Origin: Christensenellaceae bacterium
GTDB lineage: Bacteria; Bacillota; Clostridia; Christensenellales; UBA1242
DNA: 56,435 bases
Direction: 5' to 3'
Assembly: GCA_031262595.1 (NCBI GenBank)
Contig: JAISHI010000028.1
Span: 1-56,435 of the forward strand
The translations under genes were made by a program, and so were the position numbers. The notes under the pieces were generated by a model that saw nothing but the letters and a program-made list of their open reading frames with translations, searched no databases and had not been told where the DNA came from. Shown here one piece after another: positions 9,186 to 19,562 of the stretch; position 1 is the stretch's first letter, and every line of letters begins with the position of its first letter.

Positions 9186-9969
9186 CCTCGATTTTTCAAA
9201 AATTAAATGCTTCCTTCTCGATATGGACGGAACCGTTTATTTAGATGGCAAGGTTTTCGACGGCGCGGTTAACGCGATAAACCGAATGCGCGAGCGCGCG
9301 AAAGTTCTTTTTATAACGAATAACTCCTCGAAATCGCGCGAAGATTACGTCGATAAACTAACCTATCTAGGAATCCCTGTTAAACCCGACGAAATCTATA
9401 CCGCCGGCCACGCGACTATCGAATACATAATCCAAAATACGAAATTCCGTAAAATCTGGCTGCTCGGCGCGCACGGACTTAAAGAAGAGTTTAAGGCGAG
9501 CGGGCTAACAATCGTCAACGGAACTAAACTCGCGCCAGAACTCGTTGTAGTTGCGTTTGATACAACTTTAACCTATAAAGACCTCGCGATAGTTTGCGAG
9601 CATATTCGACATGGCGTCCCTTTTATCGCGACCCACCCCGATTTTAACTGCCCAATGGCGGGCGGCGAATATATCCCTGACGTTGGGTCGTTCCTCGCGC
9701 TTATTAAAGCCAGCACCGGCAAAAGCCCCGCGCTGATTTGCGGAAAACCCTACGCGCCGATTGCGAAATCCGTTGGAAGCCTCGTTCACCTAGCGCCTAA
9801 CGAAATCGCGATGGTCGGCGACCGCCTCATGACGGATATGAACTTCGCGATAAACAACGGCTTTAAGTCGATTCTTGTTCTCTCGGGCGAGGCAACCCGC
9901 GACGACCTCGCAAAAAGCGGCATGAAAGTCGACGCGGTTATAAATAGCATAAGCGATATAAACTTTTAA
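9175..9969 (+). CDS. HAD-IIA hydrolase (NagD-like)
   Basis: DMDGTVY, TNNSS, GKP, VGDRLMTD. Confidence 0.9.
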   Translation: MQNNLDFSKIKCFLLDMDGTVYLDGKVFDGAVNAINRMRERAKVLFITNNSSKSREDYVDKLTYLGIPVKPDEIYTAGHATIEYIIQNTKFRKIWLLGAHGLKEEFKASGLTIVNGTKLAPELVVVAFDTTLTYKDLAIVCEHIRHGVPFIATHPDFNCPMAGGEYIPDVGSFLALIKASTGKSPALICGKPYAPIAKSVGSLVHLAPNEIAMVGDRLMTDMNFAINNGFKSILVLSGEATRDDLAKSGMKVDAVINSISDINF

Positions 9970-12533
9970 ACCTTAGTCTTATATAAAGTCTTGCGAAGTG
10001 TTTCGATTGGAAAGACGATAAGCGCGAGGACTATCGTTAATAAAAAGTGGTTTATCGAGAGCGCGGACGTATGGAAAACTGTTCCGCCTAAATAAACTAT
10101 CCCGATTTGTGCGACGAAAACAATCCCCATAATTATCATGAACATTTTATTGCCCGAAAGGCCTTTAAAGATATTTATGCGCTCGGTTCGCGAGTTAAAC
10201 GCGTTAAAGATATTCATGAACATAAAGAACGCGAAGAAGGCTGTTCCCGCATAAAAACTGCTCCAAGCGCCCTCGAAATGCGATTGGATAAACGGCGAGA
10301 GTAAAAACCAAATCGAAAGTCCGCTCATAACGATGCTCGAAATTAAAATTTGGTTCCACATGGATTTCGTCACGATATTTTCGTCGCGGCGTTTTGGCGG
10401 TTCGGTTAGATATTCCTTTTGCGGTTTTTCGCCGCCGAACGCAAGCCCCGCCAACGTATCCATAACGAGATTTATCCAAAGCATTTGAATAACGGTTATC
10501 GGCGTAGCGATGTTAAACAAGGGAGCTACGATACAAACCGCCATCGCGCAAAAGTTTATCGCAAGTTTAAAGACTAAAAACCGCCGAATCGACTTAAAAA
10601 TCGTGCGCCCGTAAGAAACGGCTTTAACGATACTAGAAATGTTGTCGTCGACGATGACGATATCCCCTGCCTCTTTCGCGACTTCGGTTCCGCTGCCCAT
10701 CGCGAACCCGAGTTCGGCCTTTTTAAGCGCGGGCGCGTCGTTAACGCCGTCGCCGGTCATGCCGACAACAAGGTTTTGCGATTGCGCGATACGAACGAGG
10801 CGCGATTTGTCGCTCGGAAGCGCGCGCGCAACAACCCGAAGTTTCGGTAAAATCCGCGCGAGTTCCTCGTCTTTTAAATTATTCATCTCGTCGCTAGTAA
10901 GGACGACCTCGTCGCTGTCGCCCGACAAAATCCCGACCTCCGTCGCAATCGCCGTCGCTGTGGGTTTTGCGTCGCCGGTTATCATAACGACTTGAACCTT
11001 TGCGTTATGAAGAGCCATAACGCTAAGCCGCGCCTCGTCGCGCAGTTCGTCGCGGATACAAAGAAGCCCGATAAGCGTTAAATCATTCATTCTAACCTGC
11101 CCGCCTATTATAGGGTCGAACCCGACCGCAACGCAAATAACGCGCATGGCTTTTTTCGTTGCGTCGTCGATTGCGTTAAGTAGTGCGGTTCTGTCGCCGA
11201 TTTTCTTAACTTCGCCGTTCTCGTTGATAAAATTGGCGCAACGCTCTAATAAAATCTCTTGCGCGCCCTTAAAGAAAGTCCGCGCGCCGTCAGCTGTTTC
11301 AACCGTTGTCGCCATAAATTTCGACGAACTCTCGAAAGGAATCGTATCTATTTTCCTTAAATTCCCATCGATTTTCGTTTTATTCGCGTATTCGCAAAGA
11401 ACGCGGTCGGTTATGTTTCCGCCAATCGCCCGTCCGCCGACGAACTCCGCGCCGTTATTATAGATAAGCGCGGTTGCGAGCGCCTTGGCTTGCTCGCCCC
11501 TTGGTTCGTCCGCGAACCCCTTCGCGCCGATAAACGACGCGACTTCGAGTTTACCCTTAGTGAGCGTGCCCGTTTTGTCCGTTAAGAGAATATTCAGGCT
11601 GCCGGCCGTTTCAACGGCGCTAAGTTTCCTAACTAATAGGTTGTCTTTCATCATGGATTTCATATTCGACGACAAAACAACCGTTATCATCATCGGCAAC
11701 CCCTCCGGCACCGCCATAACGATAACCGCGACGATAAGGGTTGCGGCCTGCAAGAAATGATGAACAACAAAGCTCCAATCCCCAATTTGCGCGATTCCGT
11801 TATTTAAAACTAAAACCGCGAACATATAGGTTATGAAAACGAGCCCCGCGCCGATATAACCTATGAGGCTAATAAGTTTCGCGAGTTTTTCGAGTTTAAC
11901 TTTAAGCGGACTTGTCGGCGCGCTTTCGGTAAGTTCGGCGGCGATTTTTCCGTAAACCGTTTCAGCTCCGACTTTCGTTATGCGCATTTCGCCAGTTCCG
12001 CTGGTTATAACTGCACCGCCGAGTAGCGTTATGTCGCCGTCTAAACTTCGGTAGGCTTCCTTGCTCTCGCCGTTTAAAACGCTTTGGTCTACGTAAAGTT
12101 TGCCCTCTATTAAGTCGCCATCAGCCGGAATCTTGTCCCCCGCGCCCAAAAGAACAACATCGCCGACAACGACCTCCGTCATCGGCAAAACGCAAACCTC
12201 GCCGTTGCGCCGAACGCGCACTTCACACAAGGCCGTTGCCTCTTGAAGTTTCTTAAACGCGTTTTCGCTGCCCATTTCGGAAAGCGTCGAAACCAAAACC
12301 GCAACAACAACCGCCGCAGCAATCCCGACTGTTTCTAAAATCTCGCCGCCGTTAAAAATTAGGAACACGACGTTAATCCCGAGCGCGATGAGTAAGATTT
12401 TAAGCATCGGGTCGCCGAAGTTCGCTAAAAAAACTTGGAACGCCGTCCGCCTATTTTTCGCCTGAACCGCATTCGTCCCAAATTTTTCGCGCGACAAAAT
12501 AACTTCCGCGTCGCTTAAACCCGTTTTCTTCAT
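9966..12533 (-). CDS. Calcium-translocating P-type ATPase (P2)
   Basis: PEGL, DKTGTLT, KGA, TGD, GDGVNDAPAL, QMLWINLVMDT. Confidence 0.92.
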   Translation of the reverse strand: MKKTGLSDAEVILSREKFGTNAVQAKNRRTAFQVFLANFGDPMLKILLIALGINVVFLIFNGGEILETVGIAAAVVVAVLVSTLSEMGSENAFKKLQEATALCEVRVRRNGEVCVLPMTEVVVGDVVLLGAGDKIPADGDLIEGKLYVDQSVLNGESKEAYRSLDGDITLLGGAVITSGTGEMRITKVGAETVYGKIAAELTESAPTSPLKVKLEKLAKLISLIGYIGAGLVFITYMFAVLVLNNGIAQIGDWSFVVHHFLQAATLIVAVIVMAVPEGLPMMITVVLSSNMKSMMKDNLLVRKLSAVETAGSLNILLTDKTGTLTKGKLEVASFIGAKGFADEPRGEQAKALATALIYNNGAEFVGGRAIGGNITDRVLCEYANKTKIDGNLRKIDTIPFESSSKFMATTVETADGARTFFKGAQEILLERCANFINENGEVKKIGDRTALLNAIDDATKKAMRVICVAVGFDPIIGGQVRMNDLTLIGLLCIRDELRDEARLSVMALHNAKVQVVMITGDAKPTATAIATEVGILSGDSDEVVLTSDEMNNLKDEELARILPKLRVVARALPSDKSRLVRIAQSQNLVVGMTGDGVNDAPALKKAELGFAMGSGTEVAKEAGDIVIVDDNISSIVKAVSYGRTIFKSIRRFLVFKLAINFCAMAVCIVAPLFNIATPITVIQMLWINLVMDTLAGLAFGGEKPQKEYLTEPPKRRDENIVTKSMWNQILISSIVMSGLSIWFLLSPFIQSHFEGAWSSFYAGTAFFAFFMFMNIFNAFNSRTERINIFKGLSGNKMFMIIMGIVFVAQIGIVYLGGTVFHTSALSINHFLLTIVLALIVFPIETLRKTLYKTKV

Positions 12534-12589
12534 ATAACTATATTATATTATCGAGAGTAAGCCGACAAGCACAAAGAACTCGCAATAAT

Positions 12590-13810
12590 TTAGTGCAATT
12601 TACATGTAGAACAGAACTGCGCTGCCAACCCCCCGCAAGAGGTTTCGCGATAACATTGATGCATATCAAGCCCAGTCTTATACATAACTTCTATTAAGTT
12701 ATCGAGCGGAATGCGACGAGGTTTGTCGTTAATAGCCGAGAGTCTAGCCGCACAAAGCGCGCGCGCCGCCGCCGAAGCATTGCGTTCGATACAAGGGATT
12801 TGAACTAAGCCATAAACAGGGTCGCAAGTTAAACCTAAAAAGTGTTCCATCGCCATGCAAGCCGCGTTCTCGATTTGCGTAAGCGAAAATCCCATTAAAA
12901 ACGCCGCCGCGCCCGCCGTCATCGAGCAAGCGACCCCGATTTCCGCTTGGCAACCGCACTCCGCCCCGCTAATCGACGCGTTAAATTTATATAAGTTCCC
13001 GATTATTCCGGCAACCGCCATTGCGTTAATGAGTTCGTCGTCGGTTTTGCCCCATTCCTCGCTCGCGAGCAATAAAACAGACGGCAAAACCCCGCAACTT
13101 CCGCAAGTCGGCGCGGTAACAATTTTTCCGCCGTCCGCGTTTTCCTCCGCGGTGCCGATTGCGTAGGCGGACATAAGGCGATGCTCGTCGGTTAAAATTC
13201 CGTTGTCCTTAAAATCGAAAATAGACTTCGCGCGGCGTTCGAGTTTAAGTTTTCCGGGTAAAATTCCCTCTGTTCTAACCGCTTTTCGTGCGGTTTCTTG
13301 CATTTGCGCTAAACATTCGCGTAAATATTCGCGTATTCCCTCGCCCTCATGAAGATAAACGTATTCGGCGAGGTTAATCTTCTTTTCTTCGCAAAAATTT
13401 TTTATCTCTTCAAACGATTTGTGCGGATAAGTCGCGGTTTCGATATCGGTATTTATAGCTCCGCCGCCGAGGCTCTCAAACGTTTCGCTCGTAAAATCGC
13501 AACTATCTTGGCTGTCCGCGCCGTCCTCGCCGCCGCTATAACGGCAACAAGAAATCGTTAACGTATTTGGGTGCTCTTTTTCCGTTTCGGTATCGAAAAT
13601 AATCTCGCATTTTGCGGGCGCGAGTATTTCTTTAATAATTCTATCCGTTCCGTGCCCAACTCCTGTCGCCGCTAAAGAACCGAAAAGAACAACCTTATAT
13701 TCGTTTGACGGATTTTTCGTTTTAAAAAGCGAAACCGCCCTGCCGACGCCGAGGGTATGCGACGACGACGGCCCATAGCCAATTCGGTAAAGTTCGCGCA
13801 AACTGTTCAT
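12590..13810 (-). CDS. sdaA: Fe-S L-serine ammonia-lyase, single-chain
   Basis: GYGPSSSHT, GSLAATGVGHGTD, VTAPTCG, GAECGCQAEIG, LGLTCDP, PCIERN. Confidence 0.92.
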   Translation of the reverse strand: MNSLRELYRIGYGPSSSHTLGVGRAVSLFKTKNPSNEYKVVLFGSLAATGVGHGTDRIIKEILAPAKCEIIFDTETEKEHPNTLTISCCRYSGGEDGADSQDSCDFTSETFESLGGGAINTDIETATYPHKSFEEIKNFCEEKKINLAEYVYLHEGEGIREYLRECLAQMQETARKAVRTEGILPGKLKLERRAKSIFDFKDNGILTDEHRLMSAYAIGTAEENADGGKIVTAPTCGSCGVLPSVLLLASEEWGKTDDELINAMAVAGIIGNLYKFNASISGAECGCQAEIGVACSMTAGAAAFLMGFSLTQIENAACMAMEHFLGLTCDPVYGLVQIPCIERNASAAARALCAARLSAINDKPRRIPLDNLIEVMYKTGLDMHQCYRETSCGGLAAQFCSTCKLH

Positions 13811-13814
13811 AGGC

Positions 13815-15410
13815 TTATTTATGCTCCGCAAGGAGTTTTAGATAATCGTCTTTTTGCGAGGCGGATAAGAAAAGATAAAGCCTTGGGCCGTCGTCGCGCC
13901 CGAAAAGCATATTATAGAAGACTTTAAAAAACCTTTGTTGGCGAACTTGGTTTTCCTTCTTTGTTAGCCCTTCAATATTTATAAGCGAGTATAAAAACTC
14001 TTGGATTTCTTTTTCCGTGCGCGCGTTGTTTAAGAACTCGGCTAGTCGCGCCAAAACGCTCTTTTCCTCGTCGCTAATCGTTAGATAAAACTCTTTATTA
14101 AAGGAAGGCAATAGTTTATAAATCTTTTCCGGCGCATAATTTTCGAGCCAATACTTAACGCTGTTAAAACGCGCGATGAAATTCGGGTCGTTTGCGTCAA
14201 GCCCTAGCGTTTTTGCACAAAGTTTTATATTAAAGCCCGAAATCGGCGCAACAGTCGCCATTGTCCCGAAAGAAACAGGGTTAACGGTCTTGCGCGTTTC
14301 GATAAGGCAAAGGTCATAAACGGATTTCTCGAATTCCTCCATAGGTTCGCCGGAAAGATATGCCGAAACGCCGCGATCGAACTCACCGTAATGGCGGATA
14401 ATCGTATCGTCAAAGCCGAAATCGAAACTATCGCCGACGTAATATTTTGCGTAAAGCCACCTGAGCATCTCGGGTTCGTAAACGCCGAGTAGTTGCGCTG
14501 GGGTTATGTTAACTCCCGTTGAACTATGCATGCTGCCGCTCGAAATTCCGCGTATCCCAACCCAAGCAAAACAAACCGAAACAGGCGCCTCTATCCCGAA
14601 AATTTCTTTCGCGATTTTTGTCGCAACTTCATAACTTCCGCCCGCGCTGTGGTGGTCGATGCCCGCCGCCTCGAAGTTAACGCCCTCTTCGCGCCATCTC
14701 ATCGGCCAATCAACTTTCCAAACGAGTTTTATATTCGTAGCTTCTAAAACGTTAACGGTATGCCGCTCGCCGCATTTGCATTCATAAGTTAACTCCGTAA
14801 AATCTGCGTTCGCGCCGATAACTTTCGTGAAATCGTGTCCGCAAGTTTCGCAATAAATAGAAACCGGATAATATTCCTCGCGCTTGCCTTCCTCGTCTTC
14901 CGCTGGGTTATCCTTTTCGGTCTTAAAACTCGTTATTATGTCGTAAATTTCTTTGCGTTTCGAGAGCGCATAAACGATATTTTTATTATAGCGCTTAGAT
15001 TTATATTCGGCCGCTTGATATATAAACTTAACTGGAATTTCGTTCATCGAAAGTCGCGCTAACGCGGCTTCGAATTCTTTTTCGTAAAACTTCGCATAAT
15101 TTTCTTCCTTATCGTTCGGGTCAGGGATAAGCGAATACGGCATACCGATATATTTCTCGTAGCCCGTTTTCATTTGCGCGATGTTCTTAGGAACTTTTCG
15201 CATTCTATCAAACTCATCCCAAGAAAAAATCATGCGGACTTTTTTGCCCATAATCTTCAACGCCTTGCCGACGTAATAGTTCGTGATGAACTCGCGATAG
15301 TTCCCGATATGAACCGAACCCGACGGGCTTATTCCGCTCGCGACAACATATTCTTCCTTATTAGGATAACGCGCAATAACGTCCTCCGCTAACTTAAAAC
15401 TCCAATGCAT
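13815..15410 (-). CDS. lysS: Lysine--tRNA ligase, class I
   Basis: MHW start, SGISPSGSVHIGNYRE (HIGH), KLVWKVDWPMRW, MHSS (KMSKS-like), GPRL. Confidence 0.93.
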   Translation of the reverse strand: MHWSFKLAEDVIARYPNKEEYVVASGISPSGSVHIGNYREFITNYYVGKALKIMGKKVRMIFSWDEFDRMRKVPKNIAQMKTGYEKYIGMPYSLIPDPNDKEENYAKFYEKEFEAALARLSMNEIPVKFIYQAAEYKSKRYNKNIVYALSKRKEIYDIITSFKTEKDNPAEDEEGKREEYYPVSIYCETCGHDFTKVIGANADFTELTYECKCGERHTVNVLEATNIKLVWKVDWPMRWREEGVNFEAAGIDHHSAGGSYEVATKIAKEIFGIEAPVSVCFAWVGIRGISSGSMHSSTGVNITPAQLLGVYEPEMLRWLYAKYYVGDSFDFGFDDTIIRHYGEFDRGVSAYLSGEPMEEFEKSVYDLCLIETRKTVNPVSFGTMATVAPISGFNIKLCAKTLGLDANDPNFIARFNSVKYWLENYAPEKIYKLLPSFNKEFYLTISDEEKSVLARLAEFLNNARTEKEIQEFLYSLINIEGLTKKENQVRQQRFFKVFYNMLFGRDDGPRLYLFLSASQKDDYLKLLAEHK

Positions 15411-15459
15411 AATGCGATTAAGTTATCATAACTCGGGCGAAATTGCAAATAGTAAGTTT

Positions 15460-16584
15460 ATGGAAGAAACCCCAAAGCGCGCGATAACCGAGCCCCCAAC
15501 AGGCGGTGTCGTTAAAGGCCCACGCGAAGGCTTTATCGAGGATATCGAAACGAACGTTGCCTTAATAGAAAAGCGGATAAAAAAAGATTTAAAGTTTAAA
15601 GAGCTAACGATAGGGCGATATACGAAAACGAAAATTAAGTTAGCCTATATCGAGAGCATCGCGGACGAAGAAGTCGCGGAAAATATCGAGAAAAAGTTAA
15701 AAAAAATCGATATCGACGGCGTTATCGACAGTTATTATCTCGTCGAGTTCCTACAAGAACGCACATACAGTTTCGTTAAGCAAGTTTCCGCCGACGAAAA
15801 ACCCGACAGCGTTTGTGCGAAACTTTTAGAGGGGCGCGTTGCGATTTTAGTTGACGGCAGCCCGATTGTTCTTTGCGTTCCGTATCTATTATTAGAGGAC
15901 CTCCAAGCCAGCGACGATTACTATTCGAACCATACAAGCGCGAGTTTGTCGCGAGCCATTAGGTTCTTCGGCGCGCTCATCGCGATACTACTTCCAGCGT
16001 TGTATATAGCCCTAAAACTCCACCATTTCGCCTTGGTGCCGTTGCCCGCCCTTTTGGCGCTAATAGGCGACGGCGGGGGGAGCGCACTTTCGCCCATGTT
16101 CGAAACGATTGGCGCGCTAATTTTATTCGAAATAATTATGATGGCGACGCTCTCGATGCCGAAGAATTTAGGCGCGCCAATCGGCATCGTAGGCGCTATC
16201 GTTTTAGGCGATACTGCCGTTAACTCGGGCTTAATTTCGGGCAGTACAGTCCTCGTTTGCGCGATTGCGAGCGTAACGAGTTTTTGTATCCCGAACCTTT
16301 CATCGCAAATTTCGCTTTTAAAATTCACGGCTTGTTTTATCGGCGCGTTCTTCGGGTTGTTCGGGATTATGCTTGCGCTAATTGTTTTCGTTATTTATGT
16401 TTGCGGGCTAAATAACTTCGGAACTCCAATTTTAGCCCCGTTCGCGCCGCATATAAAAGAGGACGCAAAAGACGGGATTCTAAAATCCGCCCTGCCCGAA
16501 ATGGTTATGCGCCCGAAAAGTATACCTAATAAAAACCCAGTCCGCGCAAAAATAAAACAAAGAAGCGAGGATAAAAATGGTTAA
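15460..16584 (+). CDS. Spore germination receptor A subunit (GerAA/GerKA-like)
   Basis: RAITEP..VVKGPREGFIE, LLEGRVAILVDGSP, DLQASDDYY, IVGAIVLGDTAV, PFAP. Confidence 0.9.
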   Translation: MEETPKRAITEPPTGGVVKGPREGFIEDIETNVALIEKRIKKDLKFKELTIGRYTKTKIKLAYIESIADEEVAENIEKKLKKIDIDGVIDSYYLVEFLQERTYSFVKQVSADEKPDSVCAKLLEGRVAILVDGSPIVLCVPYLLLEDLQASDDYYSNHTSASLSRAIRFFGALIAILLPALYIALKLHHFALVPLPALLALIGDGGGSALSPMFETIGALILFEIIMMATLSMPKNLGAPIGIVGAIVLGDTAVNSGLISGSTVLVCAIASVTSFCIPNLSSQISLLKFTACFIGAFFGLFGIMLALIVFVIYVCGLNNFGTPILAPFAPHIKEDAKDGILKSALPEMVMRPKSIPNKNPVRAKIKQRSEDKNG

Positions 16585-18031
16585 TAAATCATCGAGAATA
16601 AGCGACCGAACCGCGATAATCTTTTATATAATCCTCTCGGTCGGGATAAAAGTCTTTACGCTGCCGAAAGAATTAAATCTTTTAACGGCGATTTTAGGCG
16701 CTGTTTTCGAGTTTTTGCTACTCGCGTTAATGCTATTTTTAATAAGACTTAAAATCTCGCCGCTTATAAATAAGTTTTTGCTTTTTATTTTTGGCGCAAT
16801 TTTAGGGCTTCAAGTTTGGTTCATAATTCGCGATTTAAACCTCTTTGTTTTTAATAGGCTCTTCGAGGAATTTTCGCCGATTATATATTTCGCCCTGCTC
16901 GGCTTGTTTTTCCTTTTTATCGTTTCTTCGAAACCGCAATCCGTTTTCCGTTCGGCGGAAATTTTATGGCCGCTACTCTTATTAGGCATAGTCGTTTGCG
17001 TTGCGCCGCCGTCGCTAGAAATTACTGCGAAACTCCCCGAATTCGAGGCGTTTAACGTTTTAAATTTCATAAAAGTCTTGCCTTATTTCTCCGCGCCCCT
17101 TTTCCTTTTTATATTTAAAGATAACTTAGTTCGAAATAAGGGTTTTAATAAAAAATTTATTTTATATTCGATAGGTTCGCTTTTATTTTTCGTTTTCTTC
17201 GTTTTTTTATTTCATAACATCGCGGGCGCGTTAGCCGAAACAAAAGACATCGCCCCGCTCGGCATAACGGTTTACGCCTCCTATTTAATCCAAAACGGCG
17301 AGTTCGATTTCCTGCTAATCTCGATTATGCTGTTGCATTTGCTTTATTGCCTTGCGCTCGTTTTTTGCGCGATTGGTTGGGCATTTCGGCAACTCTTTGG
17401 ACTAGAAAATGCCGAACCGAAAGAATATAACCCGAAAACAACAAACATCTTCAAAAAACTTTGGCATAACAAAATCAAAATTCTTTGTTTCGTCGCGCTT
17501 ATCGTTATGCTACCTACGGTCGGAACAAAACCCGACGCAACTCAAAATAAGTTAATCGCGACGACGCTAGCGTTTAGTTTTGAGGACGACGAAATCTCTT
17601 GCGCGGTTGTCGCGTTAAATACCAATAAACAAGGCGAAAACGACGAAAAATTTAAAGTTTATGACGGCTCCGGCGAAAATATCGACGCGGCTCTAAAAAA
17701 CATTACCGAGAATACGGGCAAAGAAATCGCGCTCGCGCATTGCTGCGTTCTCGTTTTAAACGAAAATTTAGGGGGCGAGAAAACAGTTCAAATCCTAAGT
17801 GAATACGCAACGAAAACCGAACTAGCGAACAGTTGCGCCGTTCTTAAAACGCAAAGCGATATAAAAGAACTCTTTAAGGCCGACGCGAAAGAGCGCAGGC
17901 TCTCGCAAATCGCCGAACACACCCAAGAAAAAATAAAATCGCCCATAAATATTGAGCGATATTATAAAGATTATTTGGCGGACGGCGTTTTGCCGGAATT
18001 TATCTCAGTCGGATTGGACAACCTTGATTAA
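16577..18031 (+). CDS. Germination receptor B-like permease fused to a Ger(x)C-like domain
   Basis: ~8 TM N-terminal half after gerA; C-terminal IATTLAFS..GSGENIDAAL..GKEIALAHCCVLVL resembles the GerC N-terminal domain. Confidence 0.6.
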   Translation: MVNKSSRISDRTAIIFYIILSVGIKVFTLPKELNLLTAILGAVFEFLLLALMLFLIRLKISPLINKFLLFIFGAILGLQVWFIIRDLNLFVFNRLFEEFSPIIYFALLGLFFLFIVSSKPQSVFRSAEILWPLLLLGIVVCVAPPSLEITAKLPEFEAFNVLNFIKVLPYFSAPLFLFIFKDNLVRNKGFNKKFILYSIGSLLFFVFFVFLFHNIAGALAETKDIAPLGITVYASYLIQNGEFDFLLISIMLLHLLYCLALVFCAIGWAFRQLFGLENAEPKEYNPKTTNIFKKLWHNKIKILCFVALIVMLPTVGTKPDATQNKLIATTLAFSFEDDEISCAVVALNTNKQGENDEKFKVYDGSGENIDAALKNITENTGKEIALAHCCVLVLNENLGGEKTVQILSEYATKTELANSCAVLKTQSDIKELFKADAKERRLSQIAEHTQEKIKSPINIERYYKDYLADGVLPEFISVGLDNLD

Positions 18032-18294
18032 CTTATTCGGGTCGGTGCTAACTTCAAAGATAATTCGGTATATAACTGCTCCGGAACCCCCGTTTTAAAA
18101 CTTCGGTTGAACGCGCGCGTTTTAATGGCTTTGGTTATACATTCTCTGCAAACGCTAGCGCCTCTGCCGTTTGCGTTGCCTTTTTCGTCAACCGCGAACT
18201 TAAAACCGTTATCCGTTTTTTCGCGATAAACGCGGATTAGGTCTTTTGCGTCAAACCTTTTTCGACAACAGCAACAAATTCTTTGTTTTTCCAT
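18028..18294 (-). CDS. ylxR: YlxR/DUF448 family RNA-binding protein
   Basis: QRICCCCR..KDLIRV..GRGASVC..C, downstream of nusA. Confidence 0.9.
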   Translation of the reverse strand: MEKQRICCCCRKRFDAKDLIRVYREKTDNGFKFAVDEKGNANGRGASVCRECITKAIKTRAFNRSFKTGVPEQLYTELSLKLAPTRIS

Positions 18295-18297
18295 AGG

Positions 18298-19392
18298 CTA
18301 TTCACCAAGATTTAGTTCATAAGCGAAACTTGCGTCTTCCTCGCGCGCCTTGTCCTCGCTCTTAACGTCGATTCGCCAGCCTGTTAATTTCGCCGCCAAC
18401 CTAACGTTCATGCCTTGCTTGCCGATTGCGAGCGAGAGTTTGTCGTTTGGAACGATAACGCGGGCGTGTTTTTCCTCCGCTAGCGCCTCAACTCTTAAAA
18501 CAGGGCTTGGCGAAATTGCCGCCGAAACGAATTCGAGCGGATCTTCGCTCCAAGGGATAATATCGATTTTCTCTGGCGCAATTTCGCGCAAAACGTTATT
18601 TATGCGAACGCCTTTCGCGCCAACGCAAGCGCCAACAGGGTCGAGGTTCATGATTTCCGTTGCGACCGCGATTTTCGTTCTATAACCTGCCTCGCGCGCA
18701 ATAGATTTAATCTCAATCTCGCCTTTTTCGATTTCAGGAACTTCCAACTCGAAAAGTTTACGCACGAAATTTGGGTTAACGCGCGAAACTAAAATCTCGC
18801 TGCGGTCCTCCATATTTTTAACGGTTGGGATATAAACTTTAATAAAATCGCCGGGCTTGAAATTTTGACCTTTAATGCTGTTGCGCTCGTCTAAAACGCC
18901 CTCGATTTTGGATTCTGGGATTTCTAAATAATATTTTTCGCCATCTTGTTTTCTGACCATAGCCGTAACGATTTTATCCTCGTGCGCCGAGATTTCCGCC
19001 ATTGTTGCATTACGAACGCGCTCGCGGCCTTTTTGTTGAAGGACTTGCTTAACAGTTATCGCAGCAACGCGCCCGAAATCTTTGATATTTTCCTCTTGGC
19101 TAATAACGTCGCCGACTTTCGCGTCTTTTCGAACTCGTTGCGCGTCCTCGAGCGTTATTTCCTTATCGAAATCCATCTCGTCATAATAATCCTCAACGAC
19201 GGTTTGATACGAGAACAACCTTATCGTTCCCTTTTCGGCGTCGAGTTCAACGCGCATATTTTTCGCCTCGCCCGAAACCTTCTTCATCGCAGGCGCAAGT
19301 GCCTCCTCCAAATCCTTAACGATTTCCTCGGTTGTTAGCCCCTTTTCGAGCGCCATTGCGTCGAGTGCGCTAAAAAATTCTTTTGATTGCAT
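18298..19392 (-). CDS. nusA: Transcription termination factor NusA
   Basis: FGRVAA, LFELEVPEI, AREAGYRTKIAV, DPVGACVG, LSLAIGKQGMNVRLAAKLTGWRIDV. Confidence 0.98.
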   Translation of the reverse strand: MQSKEFFSALDAMALEKGLTTEEIVKDLEEALAPAMKKVSGEAKNMRVELDAEKGTIRLFSYQTVVEDYYDEMDFDKEITLEDAQRVRKDAKVGDVISQEENIKDFGRVAAITVKQVLQQKGRERVRNATMAEISAHEDKIVTAMVRKQDGEKYYLEIPESKIEGVLDERNSIKGQNFKPGDFIKVYIPTVKNMEDRSEILVSRVNPNFVRKLFELEVPEIEKGEIEIKSIAREAGYRTKIAVATEIMNLDPVGACVGAKGVRINNVLREIAPEKIDIIPWSEDPLEFVSAAISPSPVLRVEALAEEKHARVIVPNDKLSLAIGKQGMNVRLAAKLTGWRIDVKSEDKAREEDASFAYELNLGE

Positions 19393-19412
19393 TTTTGTTT
19401 TCTCCTTTTTTT

Positions 19413-19443
19413 AAACGAAAGGCTCTTCGCGGGAAAGAGCCTT
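19413..19443 (-). promoter_or_regulatory. Weak terminator hairpin in the nusA leader (likely autoregulatory attenuator)
   Basis: AAGGCTCTT-TCCCGCG-AAGAGCCTT followed by TCGTTT immediately before the SD. Confidence 0.55.
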
Positions 19444-19562
19444 CAGTATTAATATTTTTATTATAACATAACTTTTAACTTTTGCAACATTTTTTTAATT
19501 ATTTTTAATAACCCTATTGTTATATCTTATTATTTGTGTTATATAAATAATAAGGAGAATAA

